Part shown: positions 46,119 through 55,413 of the stretch, piece by piece | Layout of the letters: the number at the start of each line of letters is the position of its first letter | Position numbering within the stretch: position 1 is the first letter of the stretch | Source of the DNA: a virus | Lineage: Duplodnaviria > Caudoviricetes | Virus record (IMG/VR): IMGVR_UViG_3300043429_000212 | Coordinates: 1,081 to 65,080 of that record | Reading direction: 5' to 3' (one strand) | Length of the DNA stretch: 64,000 nucleotides | Notes under the pieces: generated by a model | Databases searched by the model: none | Told to the model about the DNA's origin: nothing | Seen by the model: the letters and a program-made list of their open reading frames with translations, nothing else | Translations under genes and position numbers: made by a program

Positions 46119-47387
46119 TTAGGGAATGGGCTGCCAGTAGGCAATTTTGACCGCGCCATTAGCGCCACTTCCACCTGTAGCCACTACACCCCCCGCACCA
46201 ACAACTATGGTGTACGTCGCGCCCAAAGTTGTGGTTACAAATGTCCAACGAAGCGCGCCCCCACCGCCGGCACCAGAGTTAAATCTTACGCTCCCGCCGC
46301 CACCGCCGCCATAAAGACCGCCTGTGGCGCCATATGCAGGAAACCCGTTGACGGCTGTACCGTTTGCTCCGCCAGAACCGCCGCCGCCGCTGGGGCTGTA
46401 AGCGGTAATATCGGTTGGTGACCTGAAGCCCCCTGCACCGTTTGCACCGAGTCCGGACAAGCCGACTCCGCCACCGCCAGCAGCACCCATCTCAAAGTCA
46501 AACCACCCGTACCCGCCGCCGCCCGCGCCGCCAGTGCCCGCCTGCCCCGGAATACGTGTTACGGAATCTATTCCGCCTGCACCCCCGGCACCTGCGTACC
46601 CACCTGCACCGCCACCACCTCCGCCCGCGAACGGAGTGCCTGTGCCACCCGCTCCGCCATCACCACCAAAAACAGTTGCGCTTAGCGCAGTGCCTGCACC
46701 GCCCGCTCCGCCGTCACCAAACCCAGTAAACGGGTCTGGGGGTTTTCCGCCTTTACCGCCACCAGCCGTCAAAGCGGCTCCGAACGCAGAATCGCCCCCG
46801 TCTACTCCGTCCGTACCTATACCCAACACTGAATGCCCACTGGAGCCGCCGCCACCTACGCACAACACGTAAATCTGATTGGTACTCGTAGGCGCAGTCC
46901 AGGGGTACGTTCCCGGCGTCGTGTACAGAACTTCGACAAGCGTGAACTGAGGGGTTCCAGTATTGCCGATAGTCACCTGACCAACTTCACCCACGCCCAC
47001 CAAGGTGTTTGGCGTGAGCGGTGCATCAAAGCCCTGAGAGCCTCCAATAGGGTTCCATCCCCATTGGATGACCAGCATGCCCTCGCCAGGAAAGCCCTCT
47101 TGCAAGGGGCCGGTGCCTGACACCGTGTCAGTTTGGAGGCCGTTCGTTCCGGACTGATACCACGTATTTGTGTCCGGGCGGGGGTCACGGATGGCCTGGG
47201 GGTCGGCCACCGGGTACATGCCCAACTGCAACTGCGGCTGGTCCGGAGTCCAGCACTGAGGGCACGCCTTGATCTGCGTCTGCTTGGTCTTGACGACGAG
47301 GTTCTTGAGCTTCTTCAGGTCGAAACGAAACCCACAGACGTCGCAGAACCCGAACGCCTTTCTTCCGTTTGCAAACCTGTTAGCCAT
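46119..47387 (-). CDS. Zn-ribbon late protein fused to a glycine-rich domain
   Basis: CDVCGF..CPQCW..PQL N-terminus; GGGGGG-rich C-terminal ~280 aa. Confidence 0.7.
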   Translation of the reverse strand: MANRFANGRKAFGFCDVCGFRFDLKKLKNLVVKTKQTQIKACPQCWTPDQPQLQLGMYPVADPQAIRDPRPDTNTWYQSGTNGLQTDTVSGTGPLQEGFPGEGMLVIQWGWNPIGGSQGFDAPLTPNTLVGVGEVGQVTIGNTGTPQFTLVEVLYTTPGTYPWTAPTSTNQIYVLCVGGGGSSGHSVLGIGTDGVDGGDSAFGAALTAGGGKGGKPPDPFTGFGDGGAGGAGTALSATVFGGDGGAGGTGTPFAGGGGGGAGGYAGAGGAGGIDSVTRIPGQAGTGGAGGGGYGWFDFEMGAAGGGGVGLSGLGANGAGGFRSPTDITAYSPSGGGGSGGANGTAVNGFPAYGATGGLYGGGGGGSVRFNSGAGGGGALRWTFVTTTLGATYTIVVGAGGVVATGGSGANGAVKIAYWQPIP

Positions 47388-47389
47388 GT

Positions 47390-48130
47390 TCAGCCTATGA
47401 ACATCTGCCGGGGCACGAACCGTACCGCAGCCTTCTCACGGTCTTCGCTCGATGCACGGTCCCAGTCTTCGTCGTACTGAGCCTTCAGGATCTGGAGCCT
47501 CTCCATGCCGCCCGGGATCTTCATGCTCAGGTAATACGCCAGACCAGAGACCAAGCAAGGGATGAAGCGGAAGGGCACATCCTGGGTGGTGTCTCCACTC
47601 GCTCCCGCGTCCTGGATACGACGCAGATACCAGTAGACAAACTGATAGACACCCGTCTGATCAGGTGTAGGCCACACAGTGATGCTTGGCAGTGCCGTGG
47701 CGCTCGGGGAATAGCTGCTGGATGCCGGGTACGTCGCACCAGAGTTGCGGTTGACCAGCACCTGGATCGGACGAGCCTGTTGCAGCTTGTTCGGGATGGA
47801 CGAGTAGGTGCTGATGCTGATCCGCGTGATGGTCAGATCCACCTGAGTAGAGACGTTGCCCGCGCCCGTGCGGATGACATGCTCAAGGAGATCGACAGTG
47901 TCAGACGGGAGCGTGTAAGTGTTTGTGCCCTGCACCAGGGGAATCATCCCTTGGTTGAAGGTCCACATGTTTACACCACGGTTCGCCCAGTCTGCGAACA
48001 GCAGGTTCAGGGACCGCCGAGCCGTGCGCAGGTCATAGCCCGTGCGAAGCTCTGCACCGCAGCGTTCAAACGCTTCCTCGACCACTTCATTGAGGTCAAG
48101 GTTGAAGGTGGTGGTCCCTGAAGTCGGCAT
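47390..48130 (-). CDS. head-tail connector / tubular protein A-like
   Basis: EEAFERCG, ARRSLNLLFADWANRG, VWPTPD, PFRFIPCLVSGLAYYL. Confidence 0.7.
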   Translation of the reverse strand: MPTSGTTTFNLDLNEVVEEAFERCGAELRTGYDLRTARRSLNLLFADWANRGVNMWTFNQGMIPLVQGTNTYTLPSDTVDLLEHVIRTGAGNVSTQVDLTITRISISTYSSIPNKLQQARPIQVLVNRNSGATYPASSSYSPSATALPSITVWPTPDQTGVYQFVYWYLRRIQDAGASGDTTQDVPFRFIPCLVSGLAYYLSMKIPGGMERLQILKAQYDEDWDRASSEDREKAAVRFVPRQMFIG

Positions 48131-48304
48131 TTAAGCCTCCTGCGGCGCCTCGGGGGCAACCTCCGGAGCGGCTTCGGGGGCAGTCAGACGCTCGATCAGC
48201 ACCGAGATATCCGAATCAGCGGCACCGAACGCAGCGATTTGCCGCGCTTGCAGCGACAACAGCGCCGAATGGATCAGCACCAGTTCTTCTTCAGTAAACG
48301 TCAT
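48131..48304 (-). CDS. hypothetical protein
   Basis: Short ORF abutting the next start. Confidence 0.45.
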   Translation of the reverse strand: MTFTEEELVLIHSALLSLQARQIAAFGAADSDISVLIERLTAPEAAPEVAPEAPQEA

Positions 48305-48358
48305 TTCCTGAGCCCCTTCAAAGTTTGTGCGAGACATGCCCGCTTCTCATCTCGACCA

Positions 48359-48592
48359 TCACCGATATCTTGCTGTCTTCGATGCAACCTTGGGAGGTTG
48401 CTTCACAAACTGCTGACCTTTGGCTTTGCCTGCCCGCTTTGCCCGGGTTGTAGCTGCATACTCAGCAGGAGACAAAGCGTTGATCGCAGCCTCGGGCAGA
48501 TACCGCTCCCCCGTCTTTGAAGACGGCTTCCCTGACTTGGTCCGCCATTTCTGAGCGGTCCAGTCCTTCAGGGACTGCTGCGGGGCTTTCAC
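48359..48592 (-). CDS. small basic conserved phage protein
   Basis: QQSLKDWTAQKWRTKSGKPS..ERYLP. Confidence 0.7.
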   Translation of the reverse strand: MKAPQQSLKDWTAQKWRTKSGKPSSKTGERYLPEAAINALSPAEYAATTRAKRAGKAKGQQFVKQPPKVASKTARYR

Positions 48593-49056
48593 GCTTTCAC
48601 TCCAACATGCTCAACCTTGTTTTGCTCAATGTATAAGGCCGCTTTGCGCAACAAGTTTGCGTTGTCCTTCATTAAGCCGAGACCGCGATTGCAGTTAGGG
48701 CACAGCAACCCCCGTATTTTTCCAGTCTCATGGTCGTGGTCAATACACAGCCATGCAAATTTTTCTTCCGGCTCATTGCAGAGAGCACAGCAGCCTTTTT
48801 GGGCTTCATACATCTCGTCGTACATCTGCTGAGTTGCGCCACGTCGGCGCAACCTACGGTTTGCGGTCAGCCAATTGTTGCGTTGCCAATCATTTAGATG
48901 ATCACGGTTCTGGTCTGCCCATTCCTGCCTTTTGGCCTGCATGCACAACTTGCACTGCGACTTGTACAGATGCGCCAAATTACCGCCTCGGCTGAAAAAC
49001 TCAGTCAGCGGCTTGGTTTGCTTGCATCCAGTGCAGGTCTTAGTCACGGTATCCAC
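48589..49056 (-). CDS. endonuclease VII-family homing endonuclease
   Basis: CALC..IDHDHETGKIRGLLCPNCNRGLG; lower GC. Confidence 0.88.
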   Translation of the reverse strand: MDTVTKTCTGCKQTKPLTEFFSRGGNLAHLYKSQCKLCMQAKRQEWADQNRDHLNDWQRNNWLTANRRLRRRGATQQMYDEMYEAQKGCCALCNEPEEKFAWLCIDHDHETGKIRGLLCPNCNRGLGLMKDNANLLRKAALYIEQNKVEHVGVKA

Positions 49057-49321
49057 CGCCCCGAGCCTTATATTGCTTAGCTAACAGTTGACTTTTGCGG
49101 GCACTCCACTGGCCTGCCGCCGTGCCCTGCGTGGCCTGCCCCTTGATCTTCTCAAAGAGGCCCTTGCGCATCCCAGGCTTGGTGTAGTTGCCCGCCTCGT
49201 TCACGCGGCTCTCGCCACCTTCAGCATAGAGCTTGACAGGCTCCAGGGCGTCCTTACGCAGGATCTTCCTGGGCTTCTTCAACTCCGGGCGGATGGCGCC
49301 CATGCCGCGTGAAGTCCTCAT
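49040..49321 (-). CDS. small basic conserved phage protein
   Basis: NYTKPGMRK..GQWSARKSQLLAKQYKARGGGY. Confidence 0.7.
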   Translation of the reverse strand: MRTSRGMGAIRPELKKPRKILRKDALEPVKLYAEGGESRVNEAGNYTKPGMRKGLFEKIKGQATQGTAAGQWSARKSQLLAKQYKARGGGYRD

Positions 49322-50253
49322 ACCATCCTGCACTTCTTGACACCGCGTTGGGCAATGCCTGCACCGCGCACAGAACCACCCTTGGCGTAAGCCTTGGTCT
49401 TACCGCCCTTCTTGAACTCGACATCCTCATCTGAGTCCCGGGTGCGAGAACGCGGTGTTTCCTTGGCCTTGTCGGTGCGCAGAACGGGCTTCTCAGCCTT
49501 GGCTGCTGCTGCGGCTTGAGAACGGCCAGTGCGTGCCTCTTGGACTTCCCGGCGACCCACAGAACCACGCATGGCAGAGGTTGCAGCCTCCATCTCTTGT
49601 TCCGGCCTGAACCTGCGTCCGGTATCAGAGGTGGTGGTTGCAGCAGACCTCATGGGAGCGCTACGTGCCCCAATCGATGCAGAGCCAATGTCTTCTGCAA
49701 GAGCCTTGGCAAGCCCTTCCTTGGTCGTGCCACCGGGCAGGGCAACAGTGCCAGGGTAAGCATCATCGATCTGCTTGACGATCTGTTGCCACTTGGCAGG
49801 ATCTGCGCCTTCCGGGGGCCTGGAACGCCATCCGGTCTCTGCGGCTTTCGCCCCAGACATGGCACGAGCGCCCTTCATTGCCGCACCAATCGCAGGCCCA
49901 GCAGCAACAGAGGCAAGCATACCGAGCGAATCCATCGTCCGCTCTTTGGCCTCATCACGCTCCTGCTCAGGGCTCTTCGACGGCGGAAGACGCTTGATCC
50001 GGTCCATCACCTCTTGCGAGCTTGGGCTGGAAGCGCTCGCACGCCGACCAAGGGCCGTTGAAACATCCGCAGCCCTACCCGACCGTGATGGGGGCCGCCC
50101 GGTGCGATCTGCATTCAACAGATCGCGGAGCGTCTTGTCTTGCCCATATTGGCGACGGAAGTCTGCAAGCTCTTCTTTGGAGACGTCAGCCATCCCATCC
50201 ACAACCTTGCGGTTGGGGTTTGGCCCGGTGTAGGTAGTGCGGTTAAACGCCAT
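49318..50253 (-). CDS. basic low-complexity protein, probable capsid-internal
   Basis: C-terminal FKKGGKTKAYAKGGSVRGAGIAQRG. Confidence 0.6.
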   Translation of the reverse strand: MAFNRTTYTGPNPNRKVVDGMADVSKEELADFRRQYGQDKTLRDLLNADRTGRPPSRSGRAADVSTALGRRASASSPSSQEVMDRIKRLPPSKSPEQERDEAKERTMDSLGMLASVAAGPAIGAAMKGARAMSGAKAAETGWRSRPPEGADPAKWQQIVKQIDDAYPGTVALPGGTTKEGLAKALAEDIGSASIGARSAPMRSAATTTSDTGRRFRPEQEMEAATSAMRGSVGRREVQEARTGRSQAAAAAKAEKPVLRTDKAKETPRSRTRDSDEDVEFKKGGKTKAYAKGGSVRGAGIAQRGVKKCRMV

Positions 50254-50254
50254 G

Positions 50255-50572
50255 TCACACCATCTTTCCCTTGGTATGGCCCTTGCTGACGCAGCCATCG
50301 GCACGGGTCACGCCGCCCTTGGCATACTTCTTGGTCATGCCGCCCTTGCGGTAACCTGCTTGGTTGTACGCTGCGCCTTCACGCGCAGCAGCAGGAACCG
50401 ACTCCATCATCTTCTTGGCGGCGCGTTGATCGTCCCGGGCAGACTTCGCCATCGTGGGGGAGATCTTGGACATGAAGTCCTTCTCTCCTGCAATGCCCTT
50501 CTGCATCATCTCGCGGGACTTGTCCATCTTGGCAGACTCTTCTGCCGTGGGGGTCCGATAGTTCCGTGCCAT
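50255..50572 (-). CDS. small basic protein
   Basis: YAKGGVTRADGCVSKGHTKGKMV. Confidence 0.65.
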   Translation of the reverse strand: MARNYRTPTAEESAKMDKSREMMQKGIAGEKDFMSKISPTMAKSARDDQRAAKKMMESVPAAAREGAAYNQAGYRKGGMTKKYAKGGVTRADGCVSKGHTKGKMV

Positions 50573-50583
50573 GTTCGTTCTCC

Positions 50584-50889
50584 TCAGCAGGCTTTGCCGC
50601 CGTATGCCATCTTCTTCGCCGCGCCGCCCTTGGCGAACGGCTTGCCCTTGGGCGTGCCTTTGGCTTCCGCCTTCTCATGCTTGATCATGGCCTTGGGCGC
50701 ACCCTTGGCCTTCATAAAGGCGAGTTCCTTCTTGACCATCTTGGGAGATTCTTTCACGGGGCCTCCTTCGGCCTTATGGGCTTCGAACTTCAGGCCAACG
50801 GCCTGGGGGATGCCCACCTTCTTGGCGAAGCCTGGGCTGTGCGCGACGGCCCGCATGAGCCGCTCTTGCTTGGGAGAACTATACGGCAT
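50584..50889 (-). CDS. small basic protein
   Basis: KQERLMRAVAHSPGFAKKVGIPQ; FAKGG..MAYGG. Confidence 0.65.
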   Translation of the reverse strand: MPYSSPKQERLMRAVAHSPGFAKKVGIPQAVGLKFEAHKAEGGPVKESPKMVKKELAFMKAKGAPKAMIKHEKAEAKGTPKGKPFAKGGAAKKMAYGGKAC

Positions 50890-51124
50890 GGGGCTTGCTT
50901 CGTAGATTGTCGATCTTCGACTCAATTCTGTCAAAGCGTTCGATCAACTCTTTCATGTCCTGCCGGAACTCTGAGCGGGTGATGTGATCCCGGGCCACTT
51001 CCTCTCGCGTTCTGTTGAGCAGAATGCTGATACGGTCGAGTTCTTTGAACTTGGCTGACATGAAGAACCCCACAATCGCCAAGAGAACCGTAAGGACGGC
51101 ATTCCATACCGCAACAAGATCCAT
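50879..51124 (-). CDS. small membrane-anchored coiled-coil protein
   Basis: N-terminal TM, ILLNRTREEVAR, RIESKID. Confidence 0.65.
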   Translation of the reverse strand: MDLVAVWNAVLTVLLAIVGFFMSAKFKELDRISILLNRTREEVARDHITRSEFRQDMKELIERFDRIESKIDNLRSKPHAV

Positions 51125-51127
51125 ACG

Positions 51128-51637
51128 TCACCACACCTTGCATACCACTTTGTGCTTGCCGACGATCTCACCAGACGCCCGCATGGCTTTTACTTTTGCC
51201 TGAGCCGCCGCTTGCATAGCCATGTTTTTTGCTTTGTCCGCAATACACGGATGAAGCAAACCATGCTCACGCGCAGACAAAATACGTAGATTTGTCCAGT
51301 GATTGTTTTGATGATCGCCGTCTATGTGGTCTACATGACAGCCTTCAAACAGTTCACCAACAAAAGCCTGAGCAACCAAACGATGGACAAGGAATGCTCT
51401 TGAACCAACATCTCTAGGCGCTCCGTCCCGCAAACGGACCTCTACGTAAGGAAGCGTTCTGCCGCTTGCGCTGCGCTTCTTTGGCTTAAGCGCCATGATT
51501 CGTTCCTGAACCGACACAAGGCACCCAGATTTGCCGCGACGAAAGCGTTGCACCGATTTCATGCGACCGCAGTCACTGACTTCGTACATGCCTTCATAGC
51601 CCCTTACTGGGGCCCACCGCTCGGTCAGCAGTTCCAT
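51128..51637 (-). CDS. NUMOD4-HNH homing endonuclease
   Basis: WAPVRGYEGMYEVSDCGR, VHRLVAQAF, VDHIDGD..NNHWTNL. Confidence 0.9.
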   Translation of the reverse strand: MELLTERWAPVRGYEGMYEVSDCGRMKSVQRFRRGKSGCLVSVQERIMALKPKKRSASGRTLPYVEVRLRDGAPRDVGSRAFLVHRLVAQAFVGELFEGCHVDHIDGDHQNNHWTNLRILSAREHGLLHPCIADKAKNMAMQAAAQAKVKAMRASGEIVGKHKVVCKVW

Positions 51638-51888
51638 GCTTTCCTCGCCTTGCGTAGCCGGCTGTTCGGATCTTTGGCGGCTTCTGGGAACATCTTAGCC
51701 TGTCCTGCAGATCTTGCGCAAAATGACTTCCGCCGCGCCGCGTCCTTTTCTGTCTTTGGATTTGGAGCCGGAGGCTTCAACCCAGGCTTTCCGGGGTTGG
51801 CTTTGTTGTAGCTGGCGCGGCCTTTGGCGTTGAGTCCACCGGACTCAGACTTGCCCTCTTTGCGTTGCCATGCAGGGGTTTTGGCCAT
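51625..51888 (-). CDS. small basic conserved phage protein
   Basis: AWQRKEGK..GGLNAKGRASYN..RRKSFCAR..DPNSRL..WNC. Confidence 0.75.
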   Translation of the reverse strand: MAKTPAWQRKEGKSESGGLNAKGRASYNKANPGKPGLKPPAPNPKTEKDAARRKSFCARSAGQAKMFPEAAKDPNSRLRKARKAWNC

Positions 51889-51895
51889 GTTGACC

Positions 51896-52075
51896 TCAGT
51901 CCGTCAACCCTGCGGAGACAGGTTCCTGTGCCGCTTTGATTTGCGCTTCGCCCTGTTGCTTCAGCCGCATCCAGAGGTCAACGGTGGCCTCCAGTGGCAG
52001 CTTGCCCAGGCCCGCCATGATCAGATTGACGTCGTTGACGGACAGGTCGGTCAGGGTGATCTTGATGTCGTTCAT
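51896..52075 (-). CDS. 59-aa hypothetical protein (not in the ORF track)
   Basis: VNLIMAGLGKLP..LKQQGEAQ; fills the gap. Confidence 0.6.
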   Translation of the reverse strand: MNDIKITLTDLSVNDVNLIMAGLGKLPLEATVDLWMRLKQQGEAQIKAAQEPVSAGLTD

Positions 52076-52076
52076 G

Positions 52077-52415
52077 TCAGGCTTGGGTAGTTGCCCACGG
52101 CAGCGGGGGCATGATGACCGGCGGGTTGATCTGATTGTCGATCTGTTGCTGCACCGCAGCTTCGGTCGCGGCTTGATTGACGCCGTTGGCCCAGCACCAG
52201 CCCAGCACTTGGTCTTGCGTCAGGTCGGCGTAGGGCGTGAAAGAGCCGTCAGCTTCAGCGGCTTGGGTGAAAGAACAGGTGGAGTACACCGTGCCAATGT
52301 AGGCCCCGTCAGTGCCCGTGCAGCGCCAGCCGCATTCAATGACGTATTCCGGCGGGGTTGCGGTGGTGGGGGTGGTGCGAAGCCACTCGATAACCCACTT
52401 ATTTTGCGTTGTCAT
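52077..52415 (-). CDS. tail fibre-associated protein
   Basis: FTPYADLTQDQVLGW..PLPW. Confidence 0.7.
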   Translation of the reverse strand: MTTQNKWVIEWLRTTPTTATPPEYVIECGWRCTGTDGAYIGTVYSTCSFTQAAEADGSFTPYADLTQDQVLGWCWANGVNQAATEAAVQQQIDNQINPPVIMPPLPWATTQA

Positions 52416-52569
52416 TTTTCACCTCTTTCGGTTGTTGCGGAACATGCGTGACCTTGGTTGTCACGCCGTCTTTGCTTTGCGTAATGGATCCACCGGGCTT
52501 GAGTTGAATGCTGCCGCCCCACGTTTGCGGCTTGGTCAGGTCTACCGGCTTGCCGTCAATAAAGATCAT
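52399..52569 (-). CDS. 56-aa hypothetical protein
   Basis: RBS AAGGA; MIFIDGKPVDLTK. Confidence 0.4.
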   Translation of the reverse strand: MIFIDGKPVDLTKPQTWGGSIQLKPGGSITQSKDGVTTKVTHVPQQPKEVKNDNAK

Positions 52570-52581
52570 GGTGTTGTCCTT

Positions 52582-53067
52582 TCAGATCTTGGCATATTTG
52601 CCGTGGTGCAAAGAGCGAGCTTCAGTTGCAACAAGCCCAGCCAACTCTATGTCTTTGAAGTATTGTTGAAACACGGTTTTGCCGTTCTTCATCACACGCA
52701 CCAGCCACGCCTTGCTCTTCTTGTGCCAAGAAACGCCGGGGTAGCCTGATGTGTTGTTTGCCAACGCAAAGCGGTTGCATTGGTTCTCGCTACGGTTGGC
52801 AGCGCGTAGGTTTTCAATCCGGTTGTCTGCGCGGTCGCCGTTGATGTGATCAACCTCTTGCGGCATGTAGCCGTGATGCAGCATGAAGATCAACCTGTGA
52901 GCTTTTTGGACTTTGCCTTGCCATGTGATGTGGCGGTAGCCGGTCTTGTGCATTGAACCAGCAGGTTTGTCCAACAGGTACTGTTTGTTTGGATGGCTTG
53001 CGCCTTTCCAATACAAGTACCCATCACGGTACTCGAAGCAATCTGCGATGGCATGTTGCGTAATCAT
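52582..53067 (-). CDS. HNH homing endonuclease with AP2-like domain
   Basis: AHRLIF, VDHINGDRADNRIENLR, NTSGYPGVSW. Confidence 0.9.
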   Translation of the reverse strand: MITQHAIADCFEYRDGYLYWKGASHPNKQYLLDKPAGSMHKTGYRHITWQGKVQKAHRLIFMLHHGYMPQEVDHINGDRADNRIENLRAANRSENQCNRFALANNTSGYPGVSWHKKSKAWLVRVMKNGKTVFQQYFKDIELAGLVATEARSLHHGKYAKI

Positions 53068-54272
53068 GCGTTTGCAATCGTAGTAACGGTGCCAGAAGAA
53101 CCTTTGTATTTCAAAGCACCGGATTCAACGTACAACACGCCGCCGCTAGTTGGCGTTCCAGGAACACTTGCGGTGTTGGCAATGTAAAACGCATTTGCGC
53201 CACCTGGATCATTGGTGCCGCCAAGCAAAAGATTTGATGCTGCGGTGAGTGTGAGCGCCTGCGTGAAAGGAGCGGTCGCTCCTGCGCCAGAAGTGTTATT
53301 GGGGGCGTTATGCCAAGAATGTGTTCCGTTTTGCTGGTTGTAAAAAGTTGCCAGTCCGTTTGCTACGTAGCGCAGTGATCCAGAACCATAGTAAAAATTA
53401 ACGCCAAATGATGCGTTATTTGCATTGTCTGTTCGACCGGACAATGACGCAGAACCCGCGCCAGTACCAATCTGAAAGGTGCGGTAAATCGCTGTATCCC
53501 AAGCACTCGGCGTCACCCCCAATCCGAGGTTTCCGGAGGAGTCGAGCGTTGCCCGTAGCGCCCCAGCCGTGTAAAACTGCATCGGCGTGGCGTTGCTGTT
53601 GTAAAGAATTGCGGCGTATGCCGTGGAACTTGAAAAAAATGCACCCCCCGTGGCGGATTCCGTTCCAATGTAGAAATCTCCGCCCGTACTTTGAAAACGA
53701 ATAAAAGATTGCGCTGTGCTGACTGCGTCAATCGGGTTGGCGTTGAGGCCAATACGCGAAAGAGCAGCGCTGCCTGATACCGTCAGCTTACTGGTCGGCG
53801 AACTCGTCCCAATCCCCAGACCGGTGCTGGTGAGGCGCATTTGTTCGGAGCCGTTGGCACCAAAAGCCAAAGACACGCCGCTTCGGGCCATCAGCGTAAA
53901 CAGTGATGCGCTGTCAATGCCTGTATAAAAAGTGTTTGCGCCGTTGTAGGCGTATTCGATGCGGCCATCATTTGCTGCGCCTGTATCAAACCCTGCAAAT
54001 GCGCCTGTACCTTTGACTGCAAAACAAGTGCCGTTTGTCCCCCCGTTGATGGACAAGAGCATCCCATCAAACGTCAACCCACTCCCGCTCGTCACCACCT
54101 TGCTGCCGTTGAGGTAGAGCACGCCGTTGGCGGTGCCCGAAGGCACCGTGCCGGTCAGAAGTGCTGCTGCCGTCGTTTGCTTCGTCGTCGCGCCCTGGAC
54201 AATAGGGACAAGCTCCGTACCCGCCAAAGGCGTGGTAGCTACGGGCAACTGGGAGATTTTGAGATCAGCCAT
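53064..54272 (-). CDS. tail fibre protein
   Basis: MADLKISQLP, GTANGVLYLNGSK, GLGIGTSSP, GNLGLGVTPSAW. Confidence 0.75.
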   Translation of the reverse strand: MADLKISQLPVATTPLAGTELVPIVQGATTKQTTAAALLTGTVPSGTANGVLYLNGSKVVTSGSGLTFDGMLLSINGGTNGTCFAVKGTGAFAGFDTGAANDGRIEYAYNGANTFYTGIDSASLFTLMARSGVSLAFGANGSEQMRLTSTGLGIGTSSPTSKLTVSGSAALSRIGLNANPIDAVSTAQSFIRFQSTGGDFYIGTESATGGAFFSSSTAYAAILYNSNATPMQFYTAGALRATLDSSGNLGLGVTPSAWDTAIYRTFQIGTGAGSASLSGRTDNANNASFGVNFYYGSGSLRYVANGLATFYNQQNGTHSWHNAPNNTSGAGATAPFTQALTLTAASNLLLGGTNDPGGANAFYIANTASVPGTPTSGGVLYVESGALKYKGSSGTVTTIANA

Positions 54273-54414
54273 TGTTGGCCTCCAAACCGATCTTTGAACC
54301 GTCTTCTTGCAGGAGGAAACTACCGTCCTCGATCAGCAAAAATGAATACGGGGGCGCGTAAGCCCCCGCTCTGTAGGTCCACGCAGGTAGTGTAAACCCG
54401 TAAGAGAAGGCCAT
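54265..54414 (-). CDS. 49-aa protein with LLxEDG repeats (not in the ORF track)
   Basis: TAATG-coupled; FLLIEDGSFLLQEDGS. Confidence 0.55.
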   Translation of the reverse strand: MAFSYGFTLPAWTYRAGAYAPPYSFLLIEDGSFLLQEDGSKIGLEANNG

Positions 54415-54677
54415 TAAAACACTCGCACAAGGTTTGTTGCCGTAGTGCCAGTTGTCCAGACACGACGCACTTGCACCGGAATAACCGCCCCCGGCGGGAC
54501 CCCTAGAAACGTGACCTCAGTGCCCTGAGCCGTGGTTACCTTCACCGCTCCCGTAGTGCCAAAAGCCCCTACGTAAATAATAGAGATTTCAGGCAGGTCT
54601 TGCGTATCACTGGTCGTGACAGCAGCCGCATCCCCGGGAAACATGGGGAAAGTGGGGGAGTACTGAGTCTTGGCCAT
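54414..54677 (-). CDS. small virion structural protein
   Basis: IYVG..G.VKVTT..PVQVRRVWTTGTTA. Confidence 0.65.
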   Translation of the reverse strand: MAKTQYSPTFPMFPGDAAAVTTSDTQDLPEISIIYVGAFGTTGAVKVTTAQGTEVTFLGVPPGAVIPVQVRRVWTTGTTATNLVRVF

Positions 54678-54688
54678 GCGAGGCTCCT

Positions 54689-54714
54689 ACAAGAAGGGGG
54701 CCGAAGCCCCCTTC
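54689..54714 (-). terminator. intrinsic terminator
   Basis: GAAGGGGGC-TTCG-GCCCCCTTC-TTGT. Confidence 0.7.
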
Positions 54715-54715
54715 A

Positions 54716-55210
54716 TCAGTTCTGGAAGGTGGTCGGTGCTTGAGCGCCATCGTCCGCACGTTGGATGTATTCCACCGTCACCACTACCGCACCAGCAGTG
54801 GGGTTACCGCCCGCCGCAGTGAACGTACCCGTCACCACCACATCAGTTGTACCAATGTTGTTGGTAGCCGAAGATACCAGCGCGGCGTCCAACGTGGCCC
54901 GAGCAGTCTGCGCCGTGGTCAAACCGATGTCAATCGTGGTCTGATACGCATTGGCAGTGCCGCTCTTACCAAAGGTCGTATTCACCGCACTGACCGAACC
55001 GCCAGAAATAGCCGTCGTCTTCTCAACCGTGAAACGCAAGATCTTGGAACCTGCCGGGAGAGTGAACAGATTTTGCGCCGTGGGCGACCCGGTCATCACA
55101 GAGGAGGCAACGTTGGCTGATTGCGTCAGAACCGGCAGACCGGTGTTCGTGCCAGCACCGTAGCGTTGCGTGCCCGCGCGGATCGGGCCAGAGAAGGTCG
55201 AAAAGCTCAT
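54716..55210 (-). CDS. capsid decoration-like protein
   Basis: STFSGPIRAG, TLPAGSKI; downstream of the capsid gene. Confidence 0.6.
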   Translation of the reverse strand: MSFSTFSGPIRAGTQRYGAGTNTGLPVLTQSANVASSVMTGSPTAQNLFTLPAGSKILRFTVEKTTAISGGSVSAVNTTFGKSGTANAYQTTIDIGLTTAQTARATLDAALVSSATNNIGTTDVVVTGTFTAAGGNPTAGAVVVTVEYIQRADDGAQAPTTFQN

Positions 55211-55310
55211 GGTTTTTCCTCAATCTGCACCCGCCGTCCTTGAGGGAGGTCTGCCGAGTCAGTCGGCGGGCTGTGATGGTTCTCGGGCGCCCGTTCGGGC
55301 TATGCCCGAG
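55211..55310 (-). promoter_or_regulatory. pseudoknotted cis-regulatory RNA leader covering the RBS
   Basis: Crossing helices CCGAG/CTCGG, CCCGCCG/CGGCGGG and CCTCAA/TTGAGG. Confidence 0.5.
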
Positions 55311-55328
55311 CCTAACATATTGGAGGAC

Positions 55329-55357
55329 AAAAGAAAAGGCCCGCCGAAGCGAGCCTT
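55329..55357 (-). terminator. intrinsic terminator after the major capsid gene
   Basis: AAGGCTCGC-TTCG-GCGGGCCTT-TTCTTTT. Confidence 0.8.
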
Positions 55358-55413
55358 GAGTAACCCGACTGGTGCGCTTCTTCGAGAGGCGTGTCGGGTG
55401 TTCTTGCGCTTGA

